Shown: positions 1 to 10,277 of the stretch, piece after piece
How positions within the stretch are numbered: the stretch's first letter is position 1
Layout: each line of letters opens with the position of its first letter
Assembly (NCBI GenBank): GCA_029856105.1
Contig: JAHQWH010000155.1
Span: 71,699-135,698 of the forward strand
Reading direction: 5' to 3'
DNA from: Promethearchaeia archaeon
Lineage (GTDB): Archaea; Asgardarchaeota; Lokiarchaeia; Sigyniarchaeales; SOKP01
Length of the DNA stretch: 64,000 nucleotides
Program-made: the position numbers and the translations under genes
The notes under the pieces: model-generated
Database searches by the model: none
Told to the model about the DNA's origin: nothing
What the model saw: the letters and a program-made list of their open reading frames with translations, nothing else

Positions 1-1
1 C

Positions 2-61
2 GATCTACATAAAGTAGCACCTGCATTGATTGAAGAACTTAAAAAAACTAAGCTTGAGTAA
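2..61 (+). CDS. etfA: 3' end of probable electron transfer flavoprotein alpha subunit (partial)
   Basis: Hand translation DLHKVAPALIEELKKTKLE-stop resembles the EtfA C-terminus (GDL..vvPaL.e.l); only 19 codons visible. Confidence 0.55.
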   Translation, partial: DLHKVAPALIEELKKTKLE

Positions 62-108
62 AATTATAAAAAATTAAAAATAAAAATAAAAATAAAATAT
101 TTTCGTTT

Positions 109-900
109 TTAGACTTTATCTAGACGGCCACCGTTTATTCCTATGACTTCTCCATTCATAAACCAAGCGGCATCGCTGCACAAAAATAATATTACTTGAG
201 AAACATATTTTGATTCTCCTATCCCTAAAGGAATTCTTCCTGAGTAGTATTTTCTCCATTTTCCTTCTTGTTTACTTAATAATTCACCAAGAATTGGAGT
301 TTCGATAAGTGTAGGCATGATTGCATGAGATTTTATATTGTATCGAATTAATTCTAATCCTGCGGTTTTAACCATTCCAATCATCCCAGATTTAGCAGCA
401 GCATAATTCAATTGTCCAATATTTCCTTCAGCAGCTTGACTACTAATCGTAATTACTCGCCTATCAGGATATTCAGCGATCTTTTCTTTTGGATTTTCTT
501 TGCAATAACCAATCCATCGTTTAGCACACGCTTGTAAAGTTAGGTAAAACCCTTTAAGGTGCGTATTTATCACATCGTCCCAATATTCTTCTGATAATTT
601 GTGTATCATTCCATCCTTTAAAATACCGGCAGAATGAATTAGAAAATCAATCGTTTCATATTTTTCAAACGCCTGTTTAACTCCAGCTTCAACCAAGTCA
701 GATTTTCGTACATCTCCCTCAATAAATAGGACCTCTCCGCCTGCGTCTTTAATTTCTTTTTCGACACGCAATCCATTTTCTTTATCAAAATCAAAAATTA
801 CTACTTTTGCTCCTTCAGCTGCAAAATCCTTAGCGGCTCTTTCTGCCAAACCTGAAGCTCCACCCGTGAGAAAAGCTACCTTACCATCAAACTTTCCCAT
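109..900 (-). CDS. SDR-family oxidoreductase (FabG/3-oxoacyl reductase-like)
   Basis: TGGASGLA nucleotide-binding motif, SAGILKD, catalytic YAAAK, GNIGQLNY motif typical of FabG. Confidence 0.9.
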   Translation of the reverse strand: MGKFDGKVAFLTGGASGLAERAAKDFAAEGAKVVIFDFDKENGLRVEKEIKDAGGEVLFIEGDVRKSDLVEAGVKQAFEKYETIDFLIHSAGILKDGMIHKLSEEYWDDVINTHLKGFYLTLQACAKRWIGYCKENPKEKIAEYPDRRVITISSQAAEGNIGQLNYAAAKSGMIGMVKTAGLELIRYNIKSHAIMPTLIETPILGELLSKQEGKWRKYYSGRIPLGIGESKYVSQVILFLCSDAAWFMNGEVIGINGGRLDKV

Positions 901-1786
901 TTTATTCGACCTCGAGTTTTTGTTTTTTTTTTATATTTTTTGTTATTTAATTTAGTTCAATATAAGTTTGAAGAATAATAAGAATTTAAAATTTTTATTA
1001 TTTAAGATAGAACATTTAGATCTAGATTACTATCTATAATTCTATCGTTGACTTTTGTTTTGACTTTTACTATATTTTAGATCGATGAATATAATAATAT
1101 TTATGTTACCATTTTCTTTTCAATTACGATTAAAAAGGAATTACAACGCGTAAGAAAAAAAAACTAAGTAATGGAATGTGAATATATTTAGCGGGAAAAA
1201 CTCATTCGTGGAGGAATAAATTATGGGCTAAAATAGAAACATTCCACTACAAATAGAAAATCGAAATTTTCTATCATAATAAAGATCATTCAGATATAAA
1301 AATATTTCGAAAAATTCGCTAAATTTACAAACGCTCTATTTGAATATTCAATAAATTTACATGTTATAAGTTGGTTTGAAATAATATCTATGTTATTTTA
1401 ACTATATAATCTTAGAATTAAATATAATTGCTAAGATAACTCATAATTTTAATTAAAAAAAAATATTTTTCTCGAATTTCATGGAATAAAAATCAATTTA
1501 TTTCAAAAATATTATCCAAATTAGTGTAAAAAATTTTCGATCGTAAAGAATAAAATTGTAAAATGTACGATTTTATTAAGAACTTAATAAGGAAAAAGTC
1601 GCCATAAAATGTGAAATTAATACATCCTACTCATATTTGGGTTTTCTTTAATTTTCTATTTGTTTTCTGTTTGATTTGTAGCCTATCTTTTTGCATTCTA
1701 CTATAGCATAGATTATAAAGTTGAAAATTCAAATTATTCGTGCTTAAATTTGATTTATTAAAATCTTTTAACCTATGAATGGGATA

Positions 1787-1804
1787 ATAATGGGAACCCA
1801 TTAT
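1787..1804. promoter_or_regulatory. Inverted repeat ATAATGGG-AA-CCCATTAT, candidate operator of the ior operon
   Basis: Perfect 8-bp arms with 2-nt spacer, about 90 bp upstream of iorB; extra AATGGGA half-site at 1778-1784. Confidence 0.45.
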
Positions 1805-1893
1805 CGTAAATACCGAATATTTTAATTAAATTTAAGAGCCTAATTAAAATTATTAAAGATAGTAAATCTCTTAATTTTTAACGAAATTTAATC

Positions 1894-2514
1894 ATGGAAA
1901 TTAAAAGTTATAATTTATTGAATGTAGGGGTGGGTGGCCAAGGCGTTATTAGAGCAGCACAAATTCTTTCATATGCTGCTTTATTGGAAGATTATAAAGT
2001 TAGAACTGCAGAAACGCATGGTATGGCCCAGAGAGGTGGTTCAGTTGCGTCATATCTTCGATTTGGTACTGAAGTAGAAGGGCCACTTGTTCCACGGGGG
2101 AAAACCGATACTATTTTGGCTTTTGAAGCAAGTGAGGCTGTTAGGATTTTTAATTATGCTGGGCCAAAAACTGTCTTTTTAATAAATAAAAACATCATTA
2201 TTCCTCCTATGATTCATCAAATGGGTATGGACTATCCAAATATAGAACAAATAAGTGAATTTTTGAAGAATGTTTCTCAAAACATATATTTTATAAATGC
2301 TGATGAGATGGCAATGACTTTGGGAAACCTTCGAACCATGAATGTTGTAATGCTAGGCGTACTGTTAGGTTCAGAAGCTATACCCCTTAAAAAGGAGTCT
2401 CTTATACAGGCTATTTTGAGCTATCTCCCAACAAAACTACACGATGTAAATAAAAAAGCATTTGAAATGGGAATTGAAAAAGGAAAAAACATAAGGAGGG
2501 ATTTTAATGAGTAA
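1894..2514 (+). CDS. iorB: Indolepyruvate:ferredoxin oxidoreductase beta subunit
   Basis: GVGGQG and ETHGMAQRGGSV motifs; overlaps the iorA start. Confidence 0.93.
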   Translation: MEIKSYNLLNVGVGGQGVIRAAQILSYAALLEDYKVRTAETHGMAQRGGSVASYLRFGTEVEGPLVPRGKTDTILAFEASEAVRIFNYAGPKTVFLINKNIIIPPMIHQMGMDYPNIEQISEFLKNVSQNIYFINADEMAMTLGNLRTMNVVMLGVLLGSEAIPLKKESLIQAILSYLPTKLHDVNKKAFEMGIEKGKNIRRDFNE

Positions 2515-4414
2515 ACCTTACTATGCAGAAAACAATCCCGGAAAAAAAATCGTAATGTTAGGCAATGAAGCAATTGCTCGCGGAATTTTGGAAGCAGGTG
2601 TTGTCATTGGTGCGGGATATCCTGGCACTCCATCGTCCGAGATATTACCAACCTTAGCTGAAATGCAAAAATATTTTCCACATCTCAAATTAGAATGGAG
2701 TATTAACGAAAAAGTAGGTTTTGAAGTAGCATACGGCGGATCTATGTCAAATGTACGTTCAGTTGCGGTAATGAAGCATGTTGGGTTAAATGTCGCATCA
2801 GATGCGTTCATGACGGCGTGTTATGCTGGAGCTCGAGGTGGAATGGTGGTGATCTCAGCAGATGATCCTAATTGCTATTCTTCTCAAAATGAACAGGATA
2901 ATCGATATTTTGGGCTTCACGCTTTAGTACCGGTGTTTGAACCCGCGACGCCACAAGAAGCAAAAGATATGATAAAATACGCTTTTGATTTTTCGGAAGA
3001 ATATCACTCTTTAGTATTATTTCGGACTACAACTAGGTTGAACCACGGGAGAGGAGACGTTATTCTTGGAGAAGTTAAAGAAATTAATCGCGATTACGGT
3101 TTTGATTGGGATCGTTCCAGATGGGTTTGTTTGCCATCACACTCACGAGTTTTGCGTGTTAGATTGTTAGAAAGGTTAGATGAAATCTCTGAATTTGCTG
3201 ACCAATTTCCTTTTAACTCGTTAAAATTATCAAAAGATAAAATTAACGGCGTTAGATATGGATTTGTTGCTGCTGGCATACCATACTCTCAATTGCTAGA
3301 TGCCCTTAATTATTACGGCATTTCTGAAAAAGTTTCAATTTTAAAACTTGGATTAGTTTATCCACCACCTAAAGAATTGATTAAGAAATTATTTGCTCAC
3401 TCTGACGAAATCTTAGTAGTTGAGGAACTCGAACCTTTCCTTGAAAATATCATGAAGCAAATTGCTTTCGAAGAAGGCATCTCAAATGAACTAAAAATTC
3501 ATGGCAAAGACTTGTTTCCTCAAAATGGTGAATTCTCTGCAGAAATATATTTAGAAAATATTGCAAGTTTGGTTGGATTGCCCTACGAAAAAGTATCTGT
3601 GCCAGAAAATATGATGATTATACCTCCAAGGCTTCCTATTTTATGTCCTGGATGTGGTCATAGAGCAACTTTTTACGCAATTAAACAAGTAGAAAAGAAG
3701 ATGAAAACTAAGTTCGTTAATTCTTCGGATATTGGTTGTTACACGCTAGCAGTATACAAACCCCTTGAAGGAATAGACACTGAAGTTTGTATGGGGGGCT
3801 CTATTGGTTTAGCAAACGGAATTGCTAAAATTCAACCGGAGAAAAATCCCGTGTTAGCAATATTAGGCGATTCCACATTCTTCCATTCTGGTATACCGGC
3901 TTTAATAAACGCTGTTTATAACAAAAATAACATTTTAGTTGTTATTTTAGATAATAGATCGACTAGTATGACGGGATTTCAAGACAATCCAGGTACAGGT
4001 ATTACGCTTACAAAAGAACAGGGAATTCGCGTAATCATAGAAGATCTCGTAAAGGGCTGTGGCGTATCTTCGGATAAGATTTGGGTAGAAGATTCTAACA
4101 ATCTAATCAAAACTATAGAAAAGCTAGAATTAGCTGTTAAGGCTGAAGGTGTTCGAGTTTTTATCTCTCGACACTTATGTTCTTTAGTAGAAGCTAATCA
4201 ATTTCGGGTACAACATATAAAACCACCTATAGTAAAAGTAGATCAAGACAAATGCGTTGGATGTCTTATATGTGTTAATAAATTTGGATGTTCTGCGCTA
4301 AATTTTGAAGATAGTGAAAATAAAGTAATAATCGATCAAGCTACTTGTAGGGGGTGCAAAGTATGTATCGAAGTTTGCCCTCAAAATGCAATTTATGAGG
4401 AGATTGAATCTTAA
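2507..4414 (+). CDS. iorA: Indolepyruvate:ferredoxin oxidoreductase alpha subunit
   Basis: GNEAIARG, GYPGTPSSE, MKHVGLNVA, LCPGCGHR, DIGCYTL, GDSTFFHSG (TPP binding), C-terminal 2x[4Fe-4S] motifs. Confidence 0.95.
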   Translation: MSKPYYAENNPGKKIVMLGNEAIARGILEAGVVIGAGYPGTPSSEILPTLAEMQKYFPHLKLEWSINEKVGFEVAYGGSMSNVRSVAVMKHVGLNVASDAFMTACYAGARGGMVVISADDPNCYSSQNEQDNRYFGLHALVPVFEPATPQEAKDMIKYAFDFSEEYHSLVLFRTTTRLNHGRGDVILGEVKEINRDYGFDWDRSRWVCLPSHSRVLRVRLLERLDEISEFADQFPFNSLKLSKDKINGVRYGFVAAGIPYSQLLDALNYYGISEKVSILKLGLVYPPPKELIKKLFAHSDEILVVEELEPFLENIMKQIAFEEGISNELKIHGKDLFPQNGEFSAEIYLENIASLVGLPYEKVSVPENMMIIPPRLPILCPGCGHRATFYAIKQVEKKMKTKFVNSSDIGCYTLAVYKPLEGIDTEVCMGGSIGLANGIAKIQPEKNPVLAILGDSTFFHSGIPALINAVYNKNNILVVILDNRSTSMTGFQDNPGTGITLTKEQGIRVIIEDLVKGCGVSSDKIWVEDSNNLIKTIEKLELAVKAEGVRVFISRHLCSLVEANQFRVQHIKPPIVKVDQDKCVGCLICVNKFGCSALNFEDSENKVIIDQATCRGCKVCIEVCPQNAIYEEIES

Positions 4415-5779
4415 ATGCACAATTTTTTTTTTCCTAAAAGTATAGCCGTAATAGGAGCAACCGCAAATCCTAGAAAGTTCGGAAACGCAGTTACTATTAA
4501 CATTCTAAAAAATAAAAATTTAGAAAGCGAATTGTTTCTTGTAACTCAAAAAAGCAACGAAATTTTAGGATTAAATTGTTATAAAAGTATATTAGATGTC
4601 CCAAAAGATGTAGATCTCGTGATAATTTTAGTCCCAGCAAAAGCAGTTGATGGCGTAATAGATCAATGTATAGAAAAACAAGTAAAACGAATAATAATAG
4701 TTACTGCTGGTTTTGGGGAAATTAATCAAGAAGGTAAAAAAACCGAAAAACGAATCGCAGAAAAATGTGCAAAAGTGGGCATTCGAGTTATGGGACCTAA
4801 TTGTGTAGGAATACAAAACATAGACATAGGCCTTAACGCTTCGTTTATTCAAGCAGCGCCCCCAGGAACTATTAGCATGATTAGCCAATCTGGTTCGTTC
4901 GGATGTGCCAGTTTTTATGCGATGGAAAGAGAAAATCTAGGATGTTCAAAATTCGCTAATATTGGAAATAACATTGATATTTCTTTTGTCGATGTTCTTG
5001 AATTTTTTAGAGAAGATCCTAACAGTCGAATCATTTGTATTTACATGGAAACGATTGAAGATGGAAGAAAATTTTTAAAATCTTTAAAATCTATTGTTCC
5101 TATTAAACCAATTATTGTCTTAAAAGGAGGAAGAACTTCATCTGGAATGAAGGCGGCAAGTAGCCACACAGGTTCGATAGCAACAAATTATAAAATGTTG
5201 AAAACATCCATTAAACAAGCTGGAGCAACATTATGCGAAAATGCTTCCGATTTTATTACCGCTTGTAAAACATTCTCTTTCTTACCAATTCCTAAAGGTG
5301 AAAAGATAGGAGTGTTAACTAATAGTGGAGGGAGCTCTGTTTTATTCAGTGATAAAGCGGAAGAGTTTAATTTAAAACTAGTAGAATTTTCTGATACACT
5401 TAAAGAAAGAGTATCGCCTCACCTAATATCTTTAGTAAAGATAGAGAACCCACTTGATATGATAGGCGTTGCTGGTGAGGAACAGTATTACGAAATAACC
5501 AAAGCCATGTTAGAAGATTCAGAAATAGATATAGTTGTTCCGTGCTTGGTAATACCCCCTTTCTTAGAAATGAGCTCTGACGAGCATTATCGTGGAATGA
5601 TAAAAGCTTGGAACGAAACTGGCAGGTTAAAACCTATTATACCTTTAATTTTCTTTGGAGAAAATTTTAAAGATCTAAAGAAATTTGCCAAAAAAGAAAA
5701 AGCTCCAATTTTTTATACACCTCATGAAGCAGCATACGCTATAAAAATTTTAGTAGAACGATTGAAACTGAAAAATTGA
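4415..5779 (+). CDS. ADP-forming acyl-CoA synthetase, alpha-subunit family
   Basis: CoA-binding N-terminus, GPNCVG, SQSGS, SHTG phospho-His motif, TNSGG, NPLD; directly abuts iorA. Confidence 0.9.
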   Translation: MHNFFFPKSIAVIGATANPRKFGNAVTINILKNKNLESELFLVTQKSNEILGLNCYKSILDVPKDVDLVIILVPAKAVDGVIDQCIEKQVKRIIIVTAGFGEINQEGKKTEKRIAEKCAKVGIRVMGPNCVGIQNIDIGLNASFIQAAPPGTISMISQSGSFGCASFYAMERENLGCSKFANIGNNIDISFVDVLEFFREDPNSRIICIYMETIEDGRKFLKSLKSIVPIKPIIVLKGGRTSSGMKAASSHTGSIATNYKMLKTSIKQAGATLCENASDFITACKTFSFLPIPKGEKIGVLTNSGGSSVLFSDKAEEFNLKLVEFSDTLKERVSPHLISLVKIENPLDMIGVAGEEQYYEITKAMLEDSEIDIVVPCLVIPPFLEMSSDEHYRGMIKAWNETGRLKPIIPLIFFGENFKDLKKFAKKEKAPIFYTPHEAAYAIKILVERLKLKN

Positions 5780-5815
5780 AGTGGTATTCTTAAAAACAGT
5801 AATTTTTTTACTAGA

Positions 5816-6241
5816 CTATTGTTCAAAATCTTCTACTACATCAAAACCATTCTTTTTTAACACTTGAAATCCATTTTCGTTGTCGTCTAATCTTAATACT
5901 GTCGTAGTTCTAGTTTCTGACAATTTTTCAGCAAATGTATATAAATATTCAATGTTAACTTTGTTATCTCCAAGCGTTTTAGCAATGTTATACAATTGAG
6001 AAATGTTATCCTTAAGCCTTACTGCTATAACTTCTGTAACTGAATGCATATAATCGTTATCTTCTAATAACTCAACGCATTTCTCAAATGGTTTAACTAA
6101 AAGCAATAATAATCCATAATCTTCTGTTTCGGCAACTGTTATAGATTTGATATATATTTTATTTTCCTTAAGGAATTCGAAGAAATTGGCTAGTTGTCTT
6201 GGTTCGTTAGGGAGAAACACAGAAATTTGTTTGAGTTTCAT
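5816..6241 (-). CDS. Tandem ACT-domain (amino-acid-binding) protein
   Basis: KQISVFLPNEP, VAETEDYG and VNIEYLY motifs of the ACT family commonly found near ior/paaK genes. Confidence 0.85.
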   Translation of the reverse strand: MKLKQISVFLPNEPRQLANFFEFLKENKIYIKSITVAETEDYGLLLLLVKPFEKCVELLEDNDYMHSVTEVIAVRLKDNISQLYNIAKTLGDNKVNIEYLYTFAEKLSETRTTTVLRLDDNENGFQVLKKNGFDVVEDFEQ

Positions 6242-6449
6242 TGTTTAATCAAATTATATTAATTTTTATTCGAAATATTATCTTAAATGATAATTGTAAT
6301 TAATTAAATTACGTTTAAAAATGATACTGAAATAGCGAAAATTGAAAATTTTTAAAGATCTCACTTAATTTTTTAAATGTAATTTACTTCTGAATTCATA
6401 ATGCGAAATTTCATTTATTTTTAATATAATAGTTTAAATTTGGATAAAA

Positions 6450-7187
6450 GTGGTAATTATGATTAATTGGGAGAAAAAATTTAATGAGCAATTAACATGG
6501 ACTGCTGAATTAAGAGATCGTTTATACGAAAAAGCAGAATTCTCTCATAGAAAAAATTTATTAGAATTAGGTTGCAGAACTGGCGAATTACTGAAAGAAA
6601 TTGGAATAAAATATAATTTAAACTTATTCGGTATAGATACGGATAAAAATAAAATCGAATACGCAAGTGCCAACTTAGAGAAAAATCTTATCGATGCAAA
6701 GCTCATAACGATGGATATATTAAATAATAACTTTGAAGATAACTTTTTTGATGTTGTTATTACTTCTTGTTATTTCTTGTGGGAAATGGAATTTAATTAT
6801 ATTTTAACAGAAATTCATAGAATTTTGAAACATAATGGAGTTTTTTTGATTTTTGACGAGCCCGATTTTGGAGGAATTATTGAGTATCCTGACACGGGTT
6901 TAAAGAAAGAGTTATATAATAGCCTTAAAGATGCAGGAGCAGACCCCGAAATAGGAAGGAAGATACCTCAATATTTTTCAAACAAATTTAGACTCGTGGA
7001 ACATTTTTGTTCAAGTTTTCCATGGATCCCAAGCGTAAACAGGGCCAGTTTAATCAAAGATTTAGATCTCTACATAAAAAAATTAAATACTAAAAAATTT
7101 AATTCAGTTTTGATTATACAAAGTATAGAAAGTAATAAATATTTTTTATTTATCCCAATATTTGGTTATTATCTTAAGAAGATTTAA
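6450..7187 (+). CDS. Class I SAM-dependent methyltransferase
   Basis: LLELGCRTG (motif I, one G replaced by R), FDVV, EIHRILKHNG, EPDFGG. Confidence 0.8.
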   Translation: MVIMINWEKKFNEQLTWTAELRDRLYEKAEFSHRKNLLELGCRTGELLKEIGIKYNLNLFGIDTDKNKIEYASANLEKNLIDAKLITMDILNNNFEDNFFDVVITSCYFLWEMEFNYILTEIHRILKHNGVFLIFDEPDFGGIIEYPDTGLKKELYNSLKDAGADPEIGRKIPQYFSNKFRLVEHFCSSFPWIPSVNRASLIKDLDLYIKKLNTKKFNSVLIIQSIESNKYFLFIPIFGYYLKKI

Positions 7188-7204
7188 AGAATTGATAAAA
7201 GTTA

Positions 7205-7957
7205 ATGAGTTTAAAAGAGTTTTACGACCTCCATAAAAATTTTTCAGCTAGAAATCTTTCTGAATACGATCTTTCTCCCGGAATTAGATGTAAATTTGAT
7301 TTATTAATAAAAATAATTGGTAAAAGTAAAACCTTTAAAAACGCGATAGATTTAGGTTGTTCAGGAAACTCTCTTCTTTACGCCTTAGAAAATGTACAAA
7401 ATAAATCGTATTACGACATATCTGCTATACCTTTAAAGCAATATTCTAAACAGAACCCTTTATGTGGAGATGTTGTAAAATTACCGTATAAAAACAATAC
7501 ATTTGACTTGGTACTTGCTTTAGATGTGTTAGAACACGTAAAAAATGATGATTTAGCTATCTCTGAAATAAAAAGAATATTAACACAGGGCGGATTTGCT
7601 GTAATTACAGTTCCACATAGGATGAAATATTATTCAAAACAAGATAAGATAATTGGTCATTATCGTAGATATGAAATTGAGCACATTTTAGGATTATTCC
7701 AGCGCTATAATTTCAAGTATTTAAAACAATTTGGAGTCTATGGGATACTAATGAAAATTTCCTTACTACAATCGATTAATCCGAGAAAAACAGAAAAAAA
7801 TTTAATAAAGTTACGCAATAAATATCGCTCAAATTTAATTTTCAGAAAAATTTGGAACCTTTTTGTCAAATTTAGTTCGACACTAATGAAAATAGATGCG
7901 AAGTATTATTCTCCAAAACGAATGATGAATATGGCATTTATATTTCTAAAATTATAA
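7205..7957 (+). CDS. Class I SAM-dependent methyltransferase (Methyltransf_11-like)
   Basis: IDLGCSG, LPYKNNTFDLV, DVLEHV, ITVP, GHYRRY motifs. Confidence 0.85.
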   Translation: MSLKEFYDLHKNFSARNLSEYDLSPGIRCKFDLLIKIIGKSKTFKNAIDLGCSGNSLLYALENVQNKSYYDISAIPLKQYSKQNPLCGDVVKLPYKNNTFDLVLALDVLEHVKNDDLAISEIKRILTQGGFAVITVPHRMKYYSKQDKIIGHYRRYEIEHILGLFQRYNFKYLKQFGVYGILMKISLLQSINPRKTEKNLIKLRNKYRSNLIFRKIWNLFVKFSSTLMKIDAKYYSPKRMMNMAFIFLKL

Positions 7958-7959
7958 TC

Positions 7960-8355
7960 TTATTTGTTTTCAGCGTATTCTTTTTTCATTTTTTCAAATA
8001 ACTTTTTATATTGTTCTATGTATTTCTCGTCGTTAGTTTCCTCTATTTTCTTAAGAAGTTCCACTGAATTATTTAATACAGTTGAAGTTTTTTTGAGTTT
8101 ATCAAAATATAATTGCTTTATTTGTTGAGATTTAGCAACTCTTAGAGAACTTTTATAACCCTTAATCGAGTTTTCTAAATTTTTTTGTGATTCGATTACT
8201 GAATCAGCTAACTGCTTTTTTCTCTGTTCTAGCTTAATGCAGTTATCACATATTAATTCCCCCGATTTATTTTGCCCTTTTTTAATCATAAACGGATTCC
8301 CACATCTAGAGCATTCAACTAGCGCAACTATTAATTTATCGTTAGGTTCGGGCAT
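7960..8355 (-). CDS. Hypothetical protein, N-terminal zinc ribbon plus coiled coil
   Basis: CSRC-x17-CDNC followed by a K/E-rich helical region. Confidence 0.65.
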   Translation of the reverse strand: MPEPNDKLIVALVECSRCGNPFMIKKGQNKSGELICDNCIKLEQRKKQLADSVIESQKNLENSIKGYKSSLRVAKSQQIKQLYFDKLKKTSTVLNNSVELLKKIEETNDEKYIEQYKKLFEKMKKEYAENK

Positions 8356-8498
8356 AAAAGATAACTAATTAAATTTTTATTTTTTTTTAAATTTTAAATT
8401 ATTAAGTTAATAACTTTTTTCCAATTTAATTCTTAATTTTTTTAACAGAGTATCTCATTATCAAGAAAGTTTATGATAAATTTTACATAATTTTTTTT

Positions 8499-9293
8499 AT
8501 GGATTTAACAACAATATTTTTATTAATATTATTAGGTTTTTTAACAGGAACTCTTTCAGTTATTGCTGGAATTGGAGGCGGAGTTTTTTTTGTATCCATA
8601 ATGGTACTTTTGTTTTCGATGCCGATTAATAACGCCATAGACACATCTACATTCATAATTTTAACGTCTTCTTGTGCAGGATTTATTACTTATCTAAAAC
8701 AAGAAAGAACAAGTTTTAAATTAGCTTTGACATTTGGTGTATTTTCTATTTTAGGGAGCGTTTTAGCCACTATTCTATTTTCATTTATTCAAATCGATAA
8801 TTCAATGTTAAAGATTCTATTTGCATTGACATTACTCGTGGCAGGATTAAATATGATCCATAAAGCTATTAAAACAAAAGGAGGATTAACAAGTAAAAAT
8901 CCAGAAAAGGGAGAATTCTCATTGCACGATTACGATTATAAAACCAATTTAAAAAAAGCTATTCCATTATTTATATTAGCAGGTTTTGTTGCAAACCTAC
9001 TAGGCATTGGTGGAGGTATTATAAATACTCCTTCCCTCAACATAATATTGGGTTTTCCTATCCATAATTCTACAGCAATTTCAACTTCAATAATCTTTTT
9101 CACTGCAATATATAATACAATCATTAAGTGCCTTTTAGGCCAAATAGATTATTTAGTTGGTCTTCTAATAACCACGGGCGCTATATTTGGTTCGATATTT
9201 GGGGCAAAAATATCGAAAAAAATGTCGAAAACATATTTAAAATTTTTCGTGGCAATAATCTTACTAGTTTTAGCAATTAGAATGTTTTTTTAG
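8499..9293 (+). CDS. Sulfite exporter TauE/SafE family membrane protein
   Basis: Two GIGGG repeats, AI.TS motifs, about 8 hydrophobic helices. Confidence 0.9.
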   Translation: MDLTTIFLLILLGFLTGTLSVIAGIGGGVFFVSIMVLLFSMPINNAIDTSTFIILTSSCAGFITYLKQERTSFKLALTFGVFSILGSVLATILFSFIQIDNSMLKILFALTLLVAGLNMIHKAIKTKGGLTSKNPEKGEFSLHDYDYKTNLKKAIPLFILAGFVANLLGIGGGIINTPSLNIILGFPIHNSTAISTSIIFFTAIYNTIIKCLLGQIDYLVGLLITTGAIFGSIFGAKISKKMSKTYLKFFVAIILLVLAIRMFF

Positions 9294-9384
9294 AGTTAAT
9301 ATGAAAAAAATATAATGGAAAACTGATAGTATTATATGTAAACGAATTATGATGTAAGAAAAATAAAATAAAAGGAAATAAAAC

Positions 9385-10176
9385 ATGAACGAAAAAATTG
9401 AATTGGTAATTAAAGATAATATCGCGATTATAAGACTAACAGATCCTGAGAATTTTAACCCTTTAAATAAAAGTTCTGGGAAAAAGCTGTTAGAAATTAT
9501 AGAATCTATTCGAAATAATAGTACTGTAAGATGCCTAGTAATAACCGGCTCAGGAAAGGCATTTTCAGCGGGCGGAGATATAAAACAATTTAAGGCGAGT
9601 ATTGAAAATGGCACATCAGGTCAAGTTATGGACGATTTAACGAAAGACCTATATAAAATTGCCTTAACTTTGCGTCTTTATCCAAAACCTGTTATTGCGG
9701 CTGTGAATGGCTGGGCAGTAGGTGCTGGAATGAACCTCGCTCTCTCGTGTGATTTTATAATTGCTTCAGAAAAAGCGAGATTTAGGCAATCTTTTTCCAA
9801 ACTCGCTCTAATTCCGGGATTTGCAGGAACTATTTTTTTAAGCCGTCAGCTCACATGGCAACAAGCAACACAAATGGCGTTTTTTGGAGACACCTATTCA
9901 GCTGAGGAGATGAAAAAGCTTGGTTTTGTCAACGAAATCGTACCTCATGAAGATTTAGAAGAAGTTTCTCTACAATGGGCTGAGCGACTCGCCAAGGGAC
10001 CTATGTTAACATATGCAAGGACCAAAAAATTATTCTTTGAAGCCCTCAGTACTCCATTAGAAGAACACCTTGAAAATGAGCGTCAAATGCAGATAAAATC
10101 GGCTGAATCTGAAGAATATAAAATTGGTGTATTTGCTCTAAACGACAAAAAAGAACCTAATTTTATTGGAGATTAA
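9385..10176 (+). CDS. Enoyl-CoA hydratase/isomerase (crotonase) family, PaaG-like
   Basis: FSAGGD, KPVIAAVNG, GAGMNLAL.CD motifs. Confidence 0.9.
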   Translation: MNEKIELVIKDNIAIIRLTDPENFNPLNKSSGKKLLEIIESIRNNSTVRCLVITGSGKAFSAGGDIKQFKASIENGTSGQVMDDLTKDLYKIALTLRLYPKPVIAAVNGWAVGAGMNLALSCDFIIASEKARFRQSFSKLALIPGFAGTIFLSRQLTWQQATQMAFFGDTYSAEEMKKLGFVNEIVPHEDLEEVSLQWAERLAKGPMLTYARTKKLFFEALSTPLEEHLENERQMQIKSAESEEYKIGVFALNDKKEPNFIGD

Positions 10177-10277
10177 TAGCCAAAAATTCGTATAAAATAA
10201 TTTCTATAAAATCTTAAATCCTTTTTAGCATAGTATATATTAATTTAATATGTCAATAATTGATTGGATGAGTAAAG

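Noticed and set aside
62-100. (TAAAAA)n short tandem repeat
   Set aside because: Low-complexity spacer between convergent genes; most simply T-rich terminator sequence on the minus strand.
1631-1696. 21-codon minus-strand ORF MQKDRLQIKQKTNRKLKKTQI in the long intergenic region
   Set aside because: No SD, motif or similar neighbour; expected by chance in AT-rich DNA.
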